This document shows, one piece after another, positions 59,601-64,000 of a stretch of 64,000 nt of DNA (positions within the stretch are counted from its first letter, which is position 1; every line of letters starts with the position of its first letter). The notes below the pieces were generated by a model. The model was not told the DNA's origin. It saw nothing but the letters and a program-made list of their open reading frames with translations, and did no database searches. Both the position numbers and the translations under genes were made by a program. The stretch comes from Macrostomum hystrix. Lineage: Eukaryota > Animalia > Platyhelminthes. The stretch spans positions 13,144,001 through 13,208,000 of the forward strand of contig CATNEN010000038.1 of the NCBI GenBank assembly GCA_950097015.1, given 5' to 3'.

Positions 59601-62600
59601 TTTGACTATAAAGTGTTTTGATGCACGCCTATTCATGAACAAGTGTAAATGAACATGTGCTGGCACACATCGCGTCATACTCATATTTTAGGTATATTGC
59701 TAATATTCTAGAGATCAAGTATGTTTTCCTGATTAAAAAGTTCGTTAAAACACACCCCTGTAGGCAGATGCATCTGAAGCTTGTTGCTTGCTCTGTGAAC
59801 ACGATATGGCTAGCTGCTCTCGTGGATCGCGTTGGGCTGCGATAGCAGCACTAAATTACATTTGCAGCTCTAGCTAGCCTGCTTGACAGTGACAAGCGGG
59901 TTGATTCAAGTGTAAAGAACAATTAGAGCACCTTGCTCACGTGCTTGAAGAGCTTAACGCGTGCTGCTGGCACACATCACGTCCACCTCATTTTTCAGGA
60001 ATATTGGCAATATTCGAAATATAGGGTTCTAGGTCGTTTTCTCGATTCATAATATCGTTCAAAATTCCCCTGTCAGCAGATCCAGCGAAAGCGTGTTGCT
60101 GGCGATGTAAACACGCTATAACTAGCTGCTATCGCGGATAGCGTTGGGCTGCGATAGCAGCACTAAATTACATTTGCAGCTCTAGCTAGCCTGCTTGACA
60201 GTGACAAGCGGGTTGATTCAAGTGTAAAGAACAATTAGAGCACCTTGCTCACGTGCTTGAAGAGCTTAACGCGTGCTGCTGGCACACATCACGTCAAACT
60301 CATCTTTCAGGTATTTTGCTAAAATTCTGAATATATGGTTCTAGCCCGTTTTCTCGATTCATAATATCGTTCACAATTCCCCCGTCAGCAGATCTAGCGA
60401 AAGCGTGTTGCTGGCGATGTGAACACGCTATGACTAGCTGCTCTCGCGGATTGCGTAGGGCTGCTAAAGCAGTACAGAAATAACTTTTGCAGCTTTAGCT
60501 AGCCTGTTTGACTATATAAAGTGTTTTGATACACGCCTATTCATGAACAAGTGTAAATGAACATGTGCTGGCACACATCGCGTCATACTCATATTTTAGG
60601 TATATTGCTAATATTCTAGAGATCAAGTATGTTTTCCTGATTAAAAAGTGCGTTAAAACACACCCCTGTAGGCAGATGCATCTGAAGCTTGTTGCTTGCT
60701 CTGTGAACACGATATGGCTAGCTGCACTCGTGGATGGCGTTGGGCTGCGATAGCAGCACTAAATTACATTTGCAGCTCTAGCTAGCCTGCTTGACAGTGA
60801 CAAGCGGGTTGATTCAAGTGTAAAGAACAATTAGAGCACCTTGCTCACGTGCTTGAAGAGCTTAACGCGTGCTGCTGGCACACATCACGTCCACCTCATA
60901 TTTCAGGAATATTGCTTATATTCTAAATATAGGGTTCTAGCTCGTTTTCTCGATTCATAATATCGTTCACAATTTCCCTGTCAGCAGATCTAGCGAAAGC
61001 GTGTTGCTGGCGATGTGAACACGCTATAACTAGCTGCTCTCGTGGATAGAATAGGGCTGCTAAAGCAGTACAGAAATAACTTTTGCAGCTTTAGCTAGCC
61101 TGTTTGACTATAAAGTGTTTTGATGCACGCCTATTCATGAACAAGTGTAAATGAACATGTGCTGGCACACATCGCGTCATACTCATATTTTAGGTATATT
61201 GCTAATATTCTAGAGATCAAGTATGTTTTCCTGATTAAAAAGTTCGTTAAAACACACCCCTGTAGGCAGATGCATCTGAAGCTTGTTGCTTGCTCTGTGA
61301 ACACGATATGGCTAGCTGCTCTCGTGGATCGCGTTGGGCTGCGATAGCAGCACTAAATTACATTTGCAGCTCTAGCTAGCCTGCTTGACAGTGACAAGCG
61401 GGTTGATTCAAGTGTAAAGAACAATTAGAGCACCTTGCTCACGTGCTTGAAGAGCTTAACGCGTGCTGCTGGCACACATCACGTCCACCTCATTTTTCAG
61501 GAATATTGGCAATATTCGAAATATAGGGTTCTAGGTCGTTTTCTCGATTCATAATATCGTTCAAAATTCCCCTGTCAGCAGATCCAGCGAAAGCGTGTTG
61601 CTGGCGATGTAAACACGCTATAACTAGCTGCTATCGCGGATAGCGTTGGGCTGCGATAGCAGCACTAAATTACATTTGCAGCTCTAGCTAGCCTGCTTGA
61701 CAGTGACAAGCGGGTTGATTCAAGTGTAAAGAACAATTAGAGCACCTTGCTCACGTGCTTGAAGAGCTTAACGCGTGCTGCTGGCACACATCACGTCAAA
61801 CTCATCTTTCAGGTATTTTGCTAAAATTCTGAATATATGGTTCTAGCCCGTTTTCTCGATTCATAATATCGTTCACAATTCCCCTGTCAGCAGATCTAGC
61901 GAAAGCGTGTTGCTGGCGATGTGAACACGCTATGACTAGCTGCTCTCGCGGATTGCGTAGGGCTGCTAAAGCAGTACAGAAATAACTTTTGCAGCTTTAG
62001 CTAGCCTGTTTGACTATATAAAGTGTTTTGATACACGCCTATTCATGAACAAGTGTAAATGAACATGTGCTGGCACACATCGCGTCATACTCATATTTTA
62101 GGTATATTGCTAATATTCTAGAGATCAAGTATGTTTTCCTGATTAAAAAGTGCGTTAAAACACACCCCTGTAGGCAGATGCATCTGAAGCTTGTTGCTTG
62201 CTCTGTGAACACGATATGGCTAGCTGCACTCGTGGATGGCGTTGGGCTGCGATAGCAGCACTAAATTACATTTGCAGCTCTAGCTAGCCTGCTTGACAGT
62301 GACAAGCGGGTTGATTCAAGTGTAAAGAACAATTAGAGCACCTTGCTCACGTGCTTGAAGAGCTTAACGCGTGCTGCTGGCACACATCACGTCCACCTCA
62401 TATTTCAGGAATATTGCTTATATTCTAAATATAGGGTTCTAGCTCGTTTTCTCGATTCATAATATCGTTCACAATTTCCCTGTCAGCAGATCTAGCGAAA
62501 GCGTGTTGCTGGCGATGTGAACACGCTATAACTAGCTGCTCTCGTGGATAGAATAGGGCTGCTAAAGCAGTACAGAAATAACTTTTGCAGCTTTAGCTAG

Positions 62601-64000
62601 CCTGTTTGACTATAAAGTGTTTTGATGCACGCCTATTCATGAACAAGTGTAAATGAACATGTGCTGGCACACATCGCGTCATACTCATATTTTAGGTATA
62701 TTGCTAATATTCTAGAGATCAAGTATGTTTTCCTGATTAAAAAGTGCGTTAAAACACACCCCTGTAGGCAGATGCATCTGAAGCTTGTTGCTTGCTCTGT
62801 GAACACGATATGGCTAGCTGCTCTCGTGGATCGCGTTGGGCTGCGATAGCAGCACTAAATTACATTTGCAGCTCTAGCTAGCCTGCTTGACAGTGACAAG
62901 CGGGTTGATTCAAGTGTAAAGAACAATTAGAGCACCTTGCTCACGTGCTTGAAGAGCTTAACGCGTGCTGCTGGCACACATCACGTCCACCTCATATTTC
63001 AGGTATATTGCTAATATTCTGAATATAAGGTTCTAGCTCGTTTTCTCGATTCAGAATATCGTTCACAATTCCCCTGTCAGCAGATCTAGCGAAAGCTTGT
63101 TGCTGGCGATGCGAACACGCTATAACTAGCTGCTCTCGCGGATAGCGTAGGGCTGCTAAAGAAGTACAGAAATAACTTTTGCAGCTTTAGCTAGCCTGTT
63201 TACTATAAAAAGTGTTTTGATGCACGCCTATTCATGAACAAGTGTAAATGAACATGTGCTGGCACACATCGCGTCTTTCTCATATTTTAGGTATATTGCT
63301 AATATTCTAGAGATCAAGTATGTTTTCCTGATTTAAAAGTGCGTTAAAACACACCCCTGTAGGCAGATGCATCTGAAGCTTGTTGCTTGCTCTGTGAACA
63401 CGATATGGCTAGCTGCTCTCGTGGATCGCGTTGGGCTGCGATAGCAGCACTAAATTACATTTGCAGCTCTAGCTAGCCTGCTTGACAGTGACAAGCGGGT
63501 TGATTCAAGTGTAAAGAACAATTAGAGCACCTTGCTCACGTGCTTGAAGAGCTTAACGCGTGCTGCTGGCACACATCACGTCCACCTCATATTTCAGGTA
63601 TATTGCTAATATTCTGAATATAAGGTTCTAGCTCGTTTTCTCGATTCAGAATATCTTTCACAATTCCCCTGTCAGCAGATCTAGCGAAAGCTTGTTGCTG
63701 GCGATGCGAACACGCTATAACTAGCTGCTCTCGCGGATAGCGTAGGGCTGCTAAAGAAGTACAGAAATAACTTTTGCAGCTTTTGCTAGCCTGTTTACTA
63801 TAAAAAGTGTTTTGATGCACGCCTATTCATGAACAAGTGTAAATGAACATGTGCTGGCACACATCGCGTCATACTCATATTTTAGGTATATTGCTAATAT
63901 TCTAGAGATCAAGTATGTTTTCCTGATTAAAAAGTGCGTTAAAACACACCCCTGTAGGCAGATGCATCTGAAGCTTGTTGCTTGCTCTGTGAGCACGATA
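44649..64000 (+). repeat. 594-bp satellite, right arm (~32 monomer equivalents, continues past the window end) with higher-order structure
   Basis: Landmark spacing 594/595 with occasional 882, 906 and 908 units; orientation opposite to the left arm. Confidence 0.98.

Noticed and set aside
29188-62849. Repeated 62-aa ORF (MLAHIASYSYF...) and companion 67-88-aa ORFs as a tandem gene family
   Set aside because: The 62-aa ORF starts at GTG, has no recognisable domain and is disrupted in some monomers; all are by-products of the 594-bp satellite.
44649-64000. CRISPR array, or tandem 5S/snRNA/SL-RNA gene cluster
   Set aside because: No unique spacers or cas genes, eukaryotic context, and I recognised no 5S, U snRNA or spliced-leader sequence in the monomer. 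An Rfam search would settle the RNA question.

Overview
Eukaryotic (invertebrate animal) genomic DNA spanning the boundary between a gene-containing region and a satellite array. The species cannot be determined from this window; a free-living flatworm such as Macrostomum is only a guess. Bases 1-20 kb hold three co-oriented, intron-containing minus-strand genes that I could splice in frame: a cationic amino-acid transporter (SLC7/CAT family, ~697 aa), a GH20 hexosaminidase D (~486 aa) and a DIPK2A/FAM69-type divergent kinase (~437 aa). Their introns and flanks contain IS630/Tc1-like DNA transposons, two tRNA-derived SINEs and a Gypsy-type LTR element rearranged into a ~2-kb fold-back. Bases 20-29 kb are a transposon-rich zone: a Helitron-like element carrying two minisatellites, a hAT MITE nested in another TIR element, a Merlin-like relic, an LTR/gag relic and promoter-like motifs. 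From 29.2 kb to the end lies a 594-bp dimeric satellite (~307 + ~287 bp subunits) with an inversion point at ~44,649 and nascent higher-order repeats (3,566 bp and 1,502 bp). The edge arm carries two young insertions: a Loa/R1-group LINE and a full-length Gypsy element with nearly identical LTRs. No rRNA, true tRNA or CRISPR array is supported.
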